Source: Escherichia phage JLBYU28. Taken from it: a stretch of DNA of 64,000 nt. The stretch is from sequence record OK272472.1; one strand, written 5' to 3'. The notes beneath the pieces were generated by a model. That model did not search any database. It was given only the letters and a program-made list of their open reading frames with translations, and was not told the origin of the DNA. This document shows, piece by piece, positions 36,409 through 46,470 of this stretch; within the stretch, counting starts at the first letter, position 1, and every line of letters starts with the position of its first letter. A program made the translations under genes and the position numbers.

Positions 36409-37152
36409 TTAAACTTTAATGATGGCTCTTAGCTTGTTCTCAAGGTCTGCAAGAGTACCATTATTATGAATAATGTCACGCTCATATTTTGTAGAAATCC
36501 CATTTTCTGAAACATGTGATGAAACTTTGTCCACATTGTCTCTTTTTACTTCAATAGTTTGGTGTGCAAATCTACTCAGCCACTCAGCCTCAGAGTCAAA
36601 TCTTAAATCACTGATTAAAACAACACCTTCTTGATTTCTAAGTGAGCAAACGTCAAAGAAATTTACCATTCGTTTTTCAAGGTCTTTAGCCCAGAACTTG
36701 TCACCCATAACTTTACGGATAACTTCAGTGCCCCAAATCTGTTGAATTTGTCTTGATGAGAATTTATACTTTTTGCTAAATCCCAGACGTGTTAATAGGG
36801 TCGGTTTAGCAACCTTCTTAAGCTCCATGATTAATCGTCCGGTTAGTTCTGACATAAGCTTAAAATCCATATGGTAACGTTCACCTTTGAAGGTAAACTC
36901 CATAGCTTCAGTCACTTTGAACATCAGTTCAGGATATGATAAGTCAAAAACCTGCGGAGCCTCTTTAGTTTCACCATACAGGTCATTCCAAGTCAGGTCA
37001 AATATCCTTGATGCAGATAGCTTAAGGTTGTCTGCATAGGCCATTACTGCAACATTGTAGCCGTACTCATCCTCTAAGATATTCTTCACAATAGAACACG
37101 AGGTGTCTTTTCCAGAACGTGCCTTTCCAGTAAATGCAATAATATTACTCAT
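36409..37152 (-). CDS. deoxynucleoside monophosphate kinase-like P-loop protein
   Basis: P-loop FTGKARSGKDT near N-terminus. Confidence 0.5.
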   Translation of the reverse strand: MSNIIAFTGKARSGKDTSCSIVKNILEDEYGYNVAVMAYADNLKLSASRIFDLTWNDLYGETKEAPQVFDLSYPELMFKVTEAMEFTFKGERYHMDFKLMSELTGRLIMELKKVAKPTLLTRLGFSKKYKFSSRQIQQIWGTEVIRKVMGDKFWAKDLEKRMVNFFDVCSLRNQEGVVLISDLRFDSEAEWLSRFAHQTIEVKRDNVDKVSSHVSENGISTKYERDIIHNNGTLADLENKLRAIIKV

Positions 37153-37203
37153 TTTAACTCCCTTAATTACTAAAAAGCCCCCAACTAAGGAGGCTTGTAA
37201 AAT

Positions 37204-38013
37204 TTATAAAGACTTAGTGCAGTTGCTCAGCAGACTCTTTTCAGCCATAGCTGAGAGTTGCTTCACAAAATCATCACCGAAGTTAATGCGTAGTTTCTCT
37301 TCAATGATGGAAGCACCAATGTTCACCAAAACATCATTGATTGCTTGCATACTAACACCACCAGTCATCTCCTCAATGAACTCAATACTCACACCCATCA
37401 TCTGTGACAGTTGGACTAGCGCAACGATATTCATCATCGTAGAGATAGTTGGAATCATCAGTGCAACTTTCACCTGAAGTGGTTCGATGTCAGCTACAGA
37501 GTCATTCTCAACAGCTTCTTCCAAAGACTCTTTGGTTTGCTGGATAATCTCTTTGATTCGTGGGTTTAATTCTTCTACGCCCCAATCAAGTTTTTCATAT
37601 CGTGAAAGTTTCTCTTCCATTCGCTTCTCAAGAACAGCCATAACAGCACTCGTTGATGAGATAAGCGTATCAACAATGAAATCAGTGTCCTTAGTCAGCA
37701 ACAGTTCCTTATCTTCGTCTGACATTCTGATATAGTCATTCTTTTGCATTTCATAAAAAATGAACTCAGCAAGTGCATCAACACCAACCGCAATAGATGC
37801 CAGAGCAAGTGTAGTGTCTGTCAACAACATTTTAACCTGTTCTGCAAAAGCACCGTTATCGGACTTATCTTCAGGCAAGTTGTAGCTTGCAGGCATAAAC
37901 TGTTCTGTGTAGTTATTTCCACGAAGAATCATAGCCATGCTTTCTACGGCATTGATTAAGAATGCTACATCAACACCTTTCTCTTCAAGCATCTGTTCCA
38001 CATTGATATTCAT
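37204..38013 (-). CDS. hypothetical protein (269 aa)
   Basis: ORF in track. Confidence 0.5.
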   Translation of the reverse strand: MNINVEQMLEEKGVDVAFLINAVESMAMILRGNNYTEQFMPASYNLPEDKSDNGAFAEQVKMLLTDTTLALASIAVGVDALAEFIFYEMQKNDYIRMSDEDKELLLTKDTDFIVDTLISSTSAVMAVLEKRMEEKLSRYEKLDWGVEELNPRIKEIIQQTKESLEEAVENDSVADIEPLQVKVALMIPTISTMMNIVALVQLSQMMGVSIEFIEEMTGGVSMQAINDVLVNIGASIIEEKLRINFGDDFVKQLSAMAEKSLLSNCTKSL

Positions 38014-38014
38014 A

Positions 38015-38437
38015 TTATTTCTCTCTCAGTTGGTTAAGTTTCTTTCTAGAACATTTTAAGTTTTCGGATGAAGAAAAGTCAAGTGTCTTTTCAGAACGTG
38101 GATAATAGTGCCTATCCCAAGAAGTTTCAACATCGTTAATCAGTGACGCTAGATTACACAGGTCTGTACCACTTTGCAACCTCTTTTTAAGAGAATCTAG
38201 TAAAGCAACTGTGTCTTTAGCTTTACGCCTCGCTGTAGCAACATCTTTCATATGCTCAAATACAGAGCATTTTAAGTCATCTTCATAGTTTTCAGACAAC
38301 TCTATTTCATGTTGTATATCAACCATTCTCCTGTGATGGTGAGCATACTCCCGTTGAGCAGCAATGTCAAGTTCTTCCAACTTCTGCAAAGCCCTAACAA
38401 AGTCAGCTATGTCTGGGTGAACAAACATTTTCTGCAT
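38015..38437 (-). CDS. hypothetical protein (140 aa)
   Basis: ORF in track. Confidence 0.5.
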   Translation of the reverse strand: MQKMFVHPDIADFVRALQKLEELDIAAQREYAHHHRRMVDIQHEIELSENYEDDLKCSVFEHMKDVATARRKAKDTVALLDSLKKRLQSGTDLCNLASLINDVETSWDRHYYPRSEKTLDFSSSENLKCSRKKLNQLREK

Positions 38438-38694
38438 GTAAGCCTCTTTTAAGTAACTATTAAGTTTTAATCTTTTATCTTAACGTATACTATACGTTAT
38501 ACTTTAAAGCTTTTTAAAAGCTATTAAATAATCTTTTAAGAGTTTTAAAGTATCTGTATAGTTAAACTGTTAAGTAACCTTTTAAGTAAAAACCCACTTC
38601 GCAAAGATTAACACCTTGTCAAGTACATTGTCAACTTGCTTTTTATAATTTTTTGCAGTAATGTATGTGGTTAATGATTTTAGAGGGAGTAAAA
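38438..38694. promoter_or_regulatory. divergent intergenic control region with 17-bp palindrome AACGTATA-C-TATACGTT (38482-38498)
   Basis: Strand-switch point between minus and plus blocks; AT-rich with TTAAG words. Confidence 0.45.
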
Positions 38695-40837
38695 ATGGAA
38701 AACGTAGATTTTAAAAACTTACATTTAGTTGGTGATACAGAAACTGATGGTTTACTCCTTGAGTTCACTAAAGTTCACGTAATGGCCTTTGCAGACTATA
38801 AATCTGACGATGAAGAGCCACCTGTATGGGTCTTTACAGATGAGCCTATCCTCGGTCACAAGTACACCAAGTACATTAAGGGTGGCTTACGTGAAGGTAT
38901 TGAGTTTGCGTTAAAGGCAAAACGTCTTTGCATCCACAACGGTCTCGGTTATGACTGGTGGGTTTTCAATCACATTGCACCTGATTTATGGAACTTTGAT
39001 AATCCAAAGTGTAAACCGTGGAGTAATTTCTTTCAGGATTCTCTTATCCAGTCTCGTGTTCAGTGGATGGATAGACCAACTCCAAAGGGTTATAAAGGTG
39101 CTCATGGTTTGGCTGCATGGGGTGCTCGTGTTGGTGTTCGTAAACCAGAGATTGAACATTGGGGTGTATGGAATGCAGAAATCTTCACTCGTGTTGTAGA
39201 AGATATACGTATTAACGCCAAAACTAAACGTGCACTTGATAACGAGTATCTCAAGCTTAAGAAGTGTGGCATAGACACTTATGAAACCTACATGCGAGCT
39301 AAAGAGACATCTTTCTGGATGAGCCAGCAAGCTATTAATGGCTGGAAAGCTGATAAAGAGCTTATGGAGTTCCATGTAAAGGAACTTGACAAGTTGACTA
39401 ATGAGCTTGCTTCAGAGGTTGAACCACATCTACCTCCAACTATTAAGACCAAAGGTAAAGTCACTGGAGAAGAGTTTGCAAAAGCTTGGAATGAGTATGT
39501 TGAAACATTTGGTCATGCAGATGGACTGAAGAGGATTACCAAGTATCCTAAGACAAAGTATCGTCAACAGGTGCGTAACGGTGAGATGCAGACATACGAA
39601 ATCAAGCCATTTGGTAAGCCAACTACAAAGATTTTTAACATTGAAAAGAGAAATTGCTATACACCAACCAACTCTGTAACTGGTGAAGAGTACAAGGAAG
39701 GTTTTGTAGCAATGAAGGATGCTCGTGCAATTTGCAATGAGTTGAATGCAAAGATTGGTAAGAAATGCAAAGACTGGAAGCCAGTAAAAACAGTCAAAAC
39801 TGTGAAGTACTATAACAGCCACGTTGTTAACCACTTTGAACTTGAGTCAAGTCGCTACACAGGATTGATTGATGCACCATATACACCAATTGAGTTTGAA
39901 GTTTCTCGTATGACTCAGGTAGCAGTTGTAAAAGACTACTTGAAATCAGTTGGTTGGATTCCAGATGACTGGAACTACAAGAAAGACTCAGACGGTCGCC
40001 CTGTCAAAGTTTGTCGTTTCAAAGACAATAAAAAGATGATTACAAAACATCCTAAGTGGCAGGAGATGGTTGAGCGGTGTGGTTTGAGCTATGTTGAGCA
40101 CGAAGGTGTACAGTATATCGAGCATAACTGGTCTGTGAAGAAGTACACAGATTTGCTTGAATCTTGCTTAATCCGTACTTCACCAAAACTTACTGAGTCA
40201 TCTTATGATACGATTGAAGGTGAACTTGGACAGAAGATTGCAAAGTACTATACTTTGATGCACCGACGCAGAACTATTGAGAACTCAAAGGATGATGAAA
40301 AAGGTTGGTTGAACCAGATTCGTCCTGATGGTCGCCTTAGTGCTGGTGCAATGGTGTTTGGTACTTCAACTGGACGTATGACACAATATGGTATTGTAAA
40401 CGTACCGTCTGGTGCTGCTGTCTATGGAGCACCTATGAGGGAGGTTTGGATTTGCGAGGAAGGGACTAATATCGTTTCAGTTGACCAGAACTCTGCACAG
40501 CTTGTTTTACTGTGTAACTTTATGGGTGATAAAGAGTTCACTAAAGCGGTAACTGAAGGTAAAGAGTCAGTAGAATTTACCAAGCGAGAAGATGGGAGGT
40601 ATTATTGCAAACATCTTGATAAGTACCTTAATCCAGAAACTGATAAGTATCTTCGTTATGATGCTGAGAATGACCTCTATGAAGTCTACACAGGGACTGA
40701 TGCGCATACACTGAATAGTATTTACTTTGGTCTTAACAAAGAAGAGGATATTGTTCATTGCAGGGAGACACAGGATGAGGAACTTCTCCACGAGATTACA
40801 AAAGGTCGTAAGAAAGCCAAAAATGGCATTTATGCGT
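38695..40837 (+). CDS. DNA polymerase (family A), exon 1
   Basis: 3'-5' exonuclease Exo I motif LVGDTETDG; motif B begins RKKAKNGIYA before the frame is interrupted; ATG at 38695 with GAGGGAG SD. Confidence 0.8.
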
Positions 40838-41105
40838 CAGTGGCGCATGTAAAACGTTGTGAATTGCTGGAAGCCTAAGTCTGTAAAGATATGGTAATCA
40901 GCAGCGAAGCCTCTTAAGAGGAACGTTCAGAGACTATCGAAAAGCATACTTAATGTATGAACTGAGTAGAGTAGGGTGGTAAGCTAATGACCATTCCCAA
41001 GTGCAACGGTAGTATTACTACTACGTGATATAGTCCGACACTCCGTAGAAATGCGGAGAAGTTCATAAGAGAACTGGTACACCTTGCGAGTGTATTGACC
41101 AGATG
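40838..41105 (+). other. group I intron (268 nt) in DNA polymerase motif B
   Basis: 7-bp P1 between exon end UAUGCGU (40831-40837) and intron GCGCAUG (40843-40849) with U-G at the splice site; GACUA/UAGUC P7 candidates; terminal G at 41105; splicing restores AKNGIYALLFGAGDEK. Confidence 0.7.
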
Positions 41106-41662
41106 TATTGTTCGGTGCAGGTGATGAGAAGTTTGCCAAAACCATTAAGGCAGCTTCTACAGAAGAAGGTGCATTGACTAAGCAGACCTACTATATGCGT
41201 CTGCCAAAGATTAAGAAGTTACTTGATAGCTTAGAAGCCGATTTTAAGGCGTCTAAAAAGGCTCTGGAAGAGGTTTTTGGGAAGAATTCTTCAATTGCTA
41301 AAGGTGGTTATATCAGGGTTGCTGGAGCATGGATATGGTGCAAATCTCCACATAAACTACTGAACTACCTCCTGATGAGTTCGGAAGCACAGATTCAGAA
41401 TGAGGCCATCAACCTAGCAGCAAGAAAAGCCTGTGAAGATGGCCTGACAAAACTGAATGCTCGAAAACCAGCTATCGGAGCAAGGTTACTTCTGGCATAT
41501 CACGATGAAAATAGTTGGGAATGTCCAGAGGGTATGACACATGATATGAAAGCAATTGCTGACTGGATGTATGGACAAGCTTCAAAAAACTTAGGTTTGA
41601 GGAAAGAAACACTTGTAACTGGTACAGCAAAGGTTGGTAAGTCGTGGTATGAGGTACATTGA
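41106..41662 (+). CDS. DNA polymerase (family A), exon 2
   Basis: Continues motif B (LFGAGDEK) and carries motif C (LLAYHDE). Confidence 0.8.
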
Positions 41663-41665
41663 TTA

Positions 41666-42199
41666 ATGGATTTTATTTCACAAAAACGTTTAAAGGAGCT
41701 ACTACACTATGACCCCGAAACAGGGGTCTTTACTTGGCTTCGTAGAGAAGGTAAATCAAGAGCTGTTAGTGTTTTTAACAGTAACTATGCAGGAAAGGTA
41801 GCAGGTAATGTTCAGACAGATTCAACTGGTCATAAACAGATTAGTATCTATTTTGACAAGAAAGCACATAAAGCACACAGACTCGCATGGCTTTATGTAT
41901 ATGGCAAGATGCCAAAAGGTATCATTGACCATATCAACGGAGACTCTCTTGACAACAGGATTGTAAACTTAAGGGAAGCAGATGATTTTCAAAGTGCTTG
42001 GAATAAAGGTAAACCAGTCACCAATAAATCTGGGTACAAAGGTGTAAGTCTTAAGAAGAAGTCTGGTAAGTGGGTCGCACAGATAAGTTATAAAGGTAAG
42101 AAGATGTTTTTAGGTCACCATGACACGCCTGAAGAAGCCCATAAAGATTACTGTGAAGCTGCTATGAAACTCCACGGAGAGTTTGCAAAACTAAGTTGA
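41666..42199 (+). CDS. HNH homing endonuclease with AP2 DNA-binding domain
   Basis: HNH block IDHINGDSLDNRIVNLREA; AP2-like GYKGVSLKKKSGKWVAQISYKGKKMFLGHHDTPEEAHKDY. Confidence 0.8.
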   Translation: MDFISQKRLKELLHYDPETGVFTWLRREGKSRAVSVFNSNYAGKVAGNVQTDSTGHKQISIYFDKKAHKAHRLAWLYVYGKMPKGIIDHINGDSLDNRIVNLREADDFQSAWNKGKPVTNKSGYKGVSLKKKSGKWVAQISYKGKKMFLGHHDTPEEAHKDYCEAAMKLHGEFAKLS

Positions 42200-42250
42200 C
42201 AAGGTGCTCAGGGAAGAGTACCTTATACTACATCTTGTATAGGAGGGCTT

Positions 42251-42460
42251 ATGAGCCACCGTGGAAGAACCCATGCAGCGATGATGAAAGGTGCTTCAAA
42301 GGAAACTATCAAGAATCGTAAGCAGAAGTTGTTTGAGAGAATGAACAGGTTAATTGACAATTCATCTCTTTCAGGTTCTGAGAAGGTTTTCTTGAAAGGT
42401 AATCTGAAAAGTATTGCACAAGAACTTATTGACATTGAATATTGGAGACATCAAAAATGA
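42251..42460 (+). CDS. hypothetical small protein (69 aa)
   Basis: ORF in track. Confidence 0.45.
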   Translation: MSHRGRTHAAMMKGASKETIKNRKQKLFERMNRLIDNSSLSGSEKVFLKGNLKSIAQELIDIEYWRHQK

Positions 42461-42675
42461 CACTTGCAGACGTTATTCAGCAACTTCACGACAATTGCTA
42501 TACTCCAGAGTTGATTCAGGAGATGTCCATTGTAGTGATGCCTAGTAAGTTCTTAAAAGGTTTTAATCGTGAGGCTTTAAGGTCTGCGCATATCCTTATT
42601 GTTGAAGGGAAGATTGCAAAAGACCGTACCGGAGTCCTTAAGGGTGAACGTATTGATATTGACTTAGCTTTTTAA
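42442..42675 (+). CDS. hypothetical small protein (77 aa)
   Basis: ORF in track. Confidence 0.45.
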   Translation: METSKMTLADVIQQLHDNCYTPELIQEMSIVVMPSKFLKGFNREALRSAHILIVEGKIAKDRTGVLKGERIDIDLAF

Positions 42676-42684
42676 GGGAAAACT

Positions 42685-42891
42685 ATGGAAGTCTTAGTAA
42701 ACTATATCTATTGTTATGATGTTGTTCACTCCACTACAACCGTAGCTCAACGTAACCCAATCGTCCCACGAGAAGGTGAGTTTGTTCGCATTGATGGTTG
42801 TACTTACACTGTGGAAAGCATCATTCATAAGTTTGATGTTGCTGGTGATGTTCAAGTTATCGACGTAGAGATTGGTGGTAAGAGAAAATGA
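42685..42891 (+). CDS. hypothetical small protein (68 aa)
   Basis: ORF in track. Confidence 0.45.
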   Translation: MEVLVNYIYCYDVVHSTTTVAQRNPIVPREGEFVRIDGCTYTVESIIHKFDVAGDVQVIDVEIGGKRK

Positions 42892-43991
42892 CAATTCTGT
42901 ACAAACAAAATAAAGATGGTTCCTTCAACGTCTGGTCATGTGTCGCTATAGGTAACAAAGTTATCACAACCTATGGTAAAGAAAATGGCAAGATGATGTT
43001 TGAAGAGTATACAGCAGAACCTAAAAACATTGGTAAAAAGAATGAGCGTAACGCTGAACAGCAAGCTCTCTTTGAAGTTGCTGCAAAGTATAAAAAGCAG
43101 GTTGACCGCAAAGGTTATGCTTACACAAAAGAGTCTGCACAGAATACTGAGAAAGTAGGTGTACAGCTTGCTCATGATGCTGCAAAGGTTAGCCATGCAA
43201 AGTATCTGAAGTTCCCTGCTGATGCTCAACCGAAGCTTGATGGTGTACGTTGTAGAATTTCAAGACACTTAAGCATTGGTAGCGTATTCACAGCATACTC
43301 TCGTGAGAATACTGTTTATAAAATCCCTACTGAACTCATACCTGACATTATGGCAATGTTAAGGCTCCACAAAGATGTTGATGAGTTTGATGGAGAGATT
43401 TATGCTCATGGGTGGGACTTAGAAGATATCGTCTCTATGATTAAAAATGAAGACAATCCTGACAGACACTCACTTAAGTTCTACTGGTATGATATCTGTG
43501 ACAGCACTAAGACGTGGCCTGAGCGTAGAGATATCATTGAGACCTCACCATTGAATGACTTTAGAGATGGCTGTAAAGTTGTCCCTGTTAAGTCTCGTCG
43601 TGTAAATTCTTGGGAAGAGTTTGATGAAGCCCATGATAAGTGGGTTGAAGCTAAGTTTGAAGGTGCAATGTACCGTTCAATCTCTGAAGACTCCTTCTAT
43701 GAGTGTTGTCACCGTTCATACTTCTTGATTAAGCACAAGAAGATGCACACTGAAGAGTTTAAAGTGACTGGTGTAAAGACCGATAAACGTGGTCATGGCA
43801 AGTTCGTTGTAGAGACTCTTCCTAACGTCTTTGTAGATGTCTCATGGAAGACTACTCATGAGAAGAAACAGTATCTTGCTGAACATCCTGAAGAGTTTAT
43901 CGGGAAACCTTTAACTGTTCAGTTCCAGAAGATGACTCGTAAGGGTTCTTTACAGTTTCCTGTCGGGCTAGTTATTAGGGATTATGAGTAA
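42888..43991 (+). CDS. ATP-dependent DNA ligase
   Basis: Adenylation motif I KLDGVR (PKLDGVRCRI); ~370 aa. Confidence 0.7.
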   Translation: MTILYKQNKDGSFNVWSCVAIGNKVITTYGKENGKMMFEEYTAEPKNIGKKNERNAEQQALFEVAAKYKKQVDRKGYAYTKESAQNTEKVGVQLAHDAAKVSHAKYLKFPADAQPKLDGVRCRISRHLSIGSVFTAYSRENTVYKIPTELIPDIMAMLRLHKDVDEFDGEIYAHGWDLEDIVSMIKNEDNPDRHSLKFYWYDICDSTKTWPERRDIIETSPLNDFRDGCKVVPVKSRRVNSWEEFDEAHDKWVEAKFEGAMYRSISEDSFYECCHRSYFLIKHKKMHTEEFKVTGVKTDKRGHGKFVVETLPNVFVDVSWKTTHEKKQYLAEHPEEFIGKPLTVQFQKMTRKGSLQFPVGLVIRDYE

Positions 43992-43994
43992 ACT

Positions 43995-44141
43995 ATGTTA
44001 AGCACAATCATTCTGTTTGCATTAGTTGTCTTTGTATTGTCATACGTTGCAAGTAAGCTTTTGGACACATCTTTTGCAATGGGTGTCTTGTTTACAATCT
44101 TTTGTTTCGTGACACATATAGCTATCAGAACTTTTTTATAA
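43995..44141 (+). CDS. small hydrophobic membrane protein (48 aa; below track threshold)
   Basis: Hand translation MLSTIILFALVVFVLSYVASKLLDTSFAMGVLFTIFCFVTHIAIRTFL. Confidence 0.35.
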   Translation: MLSTIILFALVVFVLSYVASKLLDTSFAMGVLFTIFCFVTHIAIRTFL

Positions 44142-44146
44142 AAAGT

Positions 44147-44175
44147 TGTTGACATAGAAAATTTGGTGAGTATAC
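44147..44175 (+). promoter_or_regulatory. sigma70-like promoter TTGACA-N16-TATACT
   Basis: Exact -35 consensus and 5/6 -10 match; followed by ~200 nt ORF-free structured sequence. Confidence 0.5.
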
Positions 44176-44429
44176 TGAGCAGCATAAACCAACTGGTACT
44201 CACCAGCATCACTTAAGAGTCTTCTAAGAGGGTTTTTAAGTGATGTCTAGTCAGGTACAGTACGGCTAGGTTGGGTCTGGTAAGGTCAGGTATGGTTTGG
44301 TATGGAAGGATGGCAGTAGCCTTATAAAAAATCTGCCAAATAAGCTATAAAGTCTGTTGACAAGTCAGGTGTTATAGCTTATTTTTATACCCAATGTAAT
44401 ACAAAATTTAATATAACTTTGAGGTCATT

Positions 44430-44813
44430 ATGAAAAAGATTTTATTAGCTGCTGCAATGGTTATGGCAATGAATTTACCAGTCAATGCAACAGAACTTCC
44501 AAATGTGGACTTATCAGGTGTTCCAGAAGACACTTGCCAGATTGTAAAAGGTGTTGCTCTGGCTAATGGTGAGTTACTTAAACCAATCTCTGAAGAGTCT
44601 TTGACAGAGATGACCGATAAGGTGACTGACTATCAGTATCGTGTTCTTGCAGAGTATTTCCTACAATCTGCAAATATTAAAGAGAAACACCATGATGATA
44701 TTGATGTACAGGCTATGCTCAACCATCGTATCCAGTTTAAAGAAGATTTGATGCAAAAAGCTATGTACGGTGTTGAATATTTCTTAGAAAACAGAAGCTG
44801 CACAGGTATTTGA
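44430..44813 (+). CDS. secreted protein with signal peptide (127 aa)
   Basis: N-terminus MKKILLAAAMVMAMNLPVNA. Confidence 0.55.
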   Translation: MKKILLAAAMVMAMNLPVNATELPNVDLSGVPEDTCQIVKGVALANGELLKPISEESLTEMTDKVTDYQYRVLAEYFLQSANIKEKHHDDIDVQAMLNHRIQFKEDLMQKAMYGVEYFLENRSCTGI

Positions 44814-44814
44814 T

Positions 44815-45027
44815 ATGGCTCTTAAAAAGTTACATCCCAGAAGCGGTTATGGTAAGATAATTGACGATACAGACGGCTTTACAGTCTTTACAGTTATCTG
44901 TCAAGATGATTCACAGATTGAAAAGGCTCTTGATGATTATCTTAATGATGAACGCGAAAAGGTTAGGACTACAAACATAGATTCATTGATTGACACTTCA
45001 CGCAAACTGAAGAAGAAAGATGAATGA
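44815..45027 (+). CDS. hypothetical small protein (70 aa)
   Basis: ORF in track. Confidence 0.45.
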   Translation: MALKKLHPRSGYGKIIDDTDGFTVFTVICQDDSQIEKALDDYLNDEREKVRTTNIDSLIDTSRKLKKKDE

Positions 45028-45319
45028 GGTTTTTGACCCTTATGCTCCACAAGATGATTGGGAGGCTGACAGAGAGGCTGGAATGGAGAGTTATATTTGT
45101 CCAATGGATGTAGACGAAATGAGAGACTTCGTTGCACATCGTTTTAAGAGAGAGATTAAATCCAGAGGTCTTTCTCAAGAGCAAGTTGCTAAAATTTGTG
45201 GTATATCTCAGGCTCGTGTATCCAACATAATCCACCTCACTGGTAATGTTTCCCTTGAGTATATGTTGGGAGTGTGTGAAAAATTTGGTGTTAATTTCAA
45301 TTTAAGGTTGGCAGATTAA
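45020..45319 (+). CDS. XRE-family helix-turn-helix DNA-binding protein
   Basis: HTH block LSQEQVAKICGISQARVSNI. Confidence 0.6.
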   Translation: MNEVFDPYAPQDDWEADREAGMESYICPMDVDEMRDFVAHRFKREIKSRGLSQEQVAKICGISQARVSNIIHLTGNVSLEYMLGVCEKFGVNFNLRLAD

Positions 45320-45320
45320 T

Positions 45321-45680
45321 ATGAAACGTGAAAACATTATCCACTTTGAAAACTTCGCATTAGGTTTTTATGGCGTACCTACTCACCTTGAGAAGTATTA
45401 TGGTGTTAAGATTCTTTCCAATCTCATTATGGCTTACAAAGATGGTAAGATTAAGCATACTGAGAAGAAACGTGTCATGGGTTATATGGCTGTAGGTTCA
45501 GCAATCTCAAACATTAAGCTAGAAACAACTAGCAGTCAGGTTGTGAAAGACCACTTCATCAAAGAGCTTTACCACAATCTAGATGGTGTAGATGTTCAGG
45601 CTGTTTGGCTGGATGTTGATGGTCACAATTACACAAGTTTCGTTTTCAAAAACGATGACATTAAGTGTCTGTTCCCATAA
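45321..45680 (+). CDS. hypothetical protein (119 aa)
   Basis: ORF in track. Confidence 0.45.
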   Translation: MKRENIIHFENFALGFYGVPTHLEKYYGVKILSNLIMAYKDGKIKHTEKKRVMGYMAVGSAISNIKLETTSSQVVKDHFIKELYHNLDGVDVQAVWLDVDGHNYTSFVFKNDDIKCLFP

Positions 45681-45693
45681 TAGGTGATGAACT

Positions 45694-46209
45694 ATGATTG
45701 ATATCTTCTTACAAGATGCTCATGCAGATTTCCTTAAAGTGATGCTTAAAAAGTTTATGGCTTCACAGTATGAGAATGAAGCATCTTTTAAAATAGTTAC
45801 ATGTGGCGACGAAGCTGGTTTTGTTGAGATTGAACATGAAGGTACTGGAAAGACTGTTTGTAAGCTACCTGATAGTATGTTCTCTAGCACGTTCTTAACA
45901 AAGACTAGTATAAATGTTAAGCTTGTACCTCAGATTGAAACATACTCTGGTACAGATTACCCTAAAGGGTTTAAGTCACTGATGAAGTACTTCTTAGATG
46001 ACTTTGTGGGTAATCTTCTGAGGGAGGTAAAAGAAAGTCGTACAGTGTTGACTGTAGAGAACATGGGAGGAACTATCAGGGTCACTTCTGACTGTTTTGT
46101 TATGAGCCTCTTCGACTTCGTTCCTAAGAACTTTGATGGTATTCTGGATGAAGAAGATGACTGTGTAGATTTTATATTGGTTCTTGAGCCAGTTTTTGAG
46201 GTTAAATAA
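45694..46209 (+). CDS. hypothetical protein (171 aa)
   Basis: ORF in track. Confidence 0.45.
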   Translation: MIDIFLQDAHADFLKVMLKKFMASQYENEASFKIVTCGDEAGFVEIEHEGTGKTVCKLPDSMFSSTFLTKTSINVKLVPQIETYSGTDYPKGFKSLMKYFLDDFVGNLLREVKESRTVLTVENMGGTIRVTSDCFVMSLFDFVPKNFDGILDEEDDCVDFILVLEPVFEVK

Positions 46210-46470
46210 ATGAAAATTGAACACTGCTATGAGTCTGATGGAACACCTATCCGATGTCCACATTGTGGGTGTACAGACTTACAAGGCGAGGTAAGTGAAA
46301 TAGTCAACGGTCATATTGCTGAAGAGAGTACAAGGTGTACAGGATGTAATGAAGTCATTGCTTTCTGGGCTTATGGTGCATACCAACCTACACCACACTT
46401 AATCTACCATAGCAATAAAGCTGTGAAGAGTGTTATCAACTGGTTCATTAAGAAAGGATTTACAAAATGA
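46210..46470 (+). CDS. zinc-ribbon protein (86 aa)
   Basis: CPHCGC ... CTGCNEV. Confidence 0.5.
   Translation: MKIEHCYESDGTPIRCPHCGCTDLQGEVSEIVNGHIAEESTRCTGCNEVIAFWAYGAYQPTPHLIYHSNKAVKSVINWFIKKGFTK

Noticed and set aside
40838-41105. Intein or pseudogenisation as the cause of the split DNA polymerase
   Set aside because: The interruption is a nucleotide insertion with stops in all frames, a P1 pairing with U-G at the 5' splice site and a terminal G, and splicing restores motif B with exact spacing; this fits a group I intron, not an intein or decay.
45020-45319. Lysogeny module / temperate lifestyle
   Set aside because: Apart from one XRE-type HTH protein there is no integrase, excisionase, CI/Cro pair or attachment site; gene content (rII, nrd, td, frd, polymerase) is typical of strictly lytic phages.
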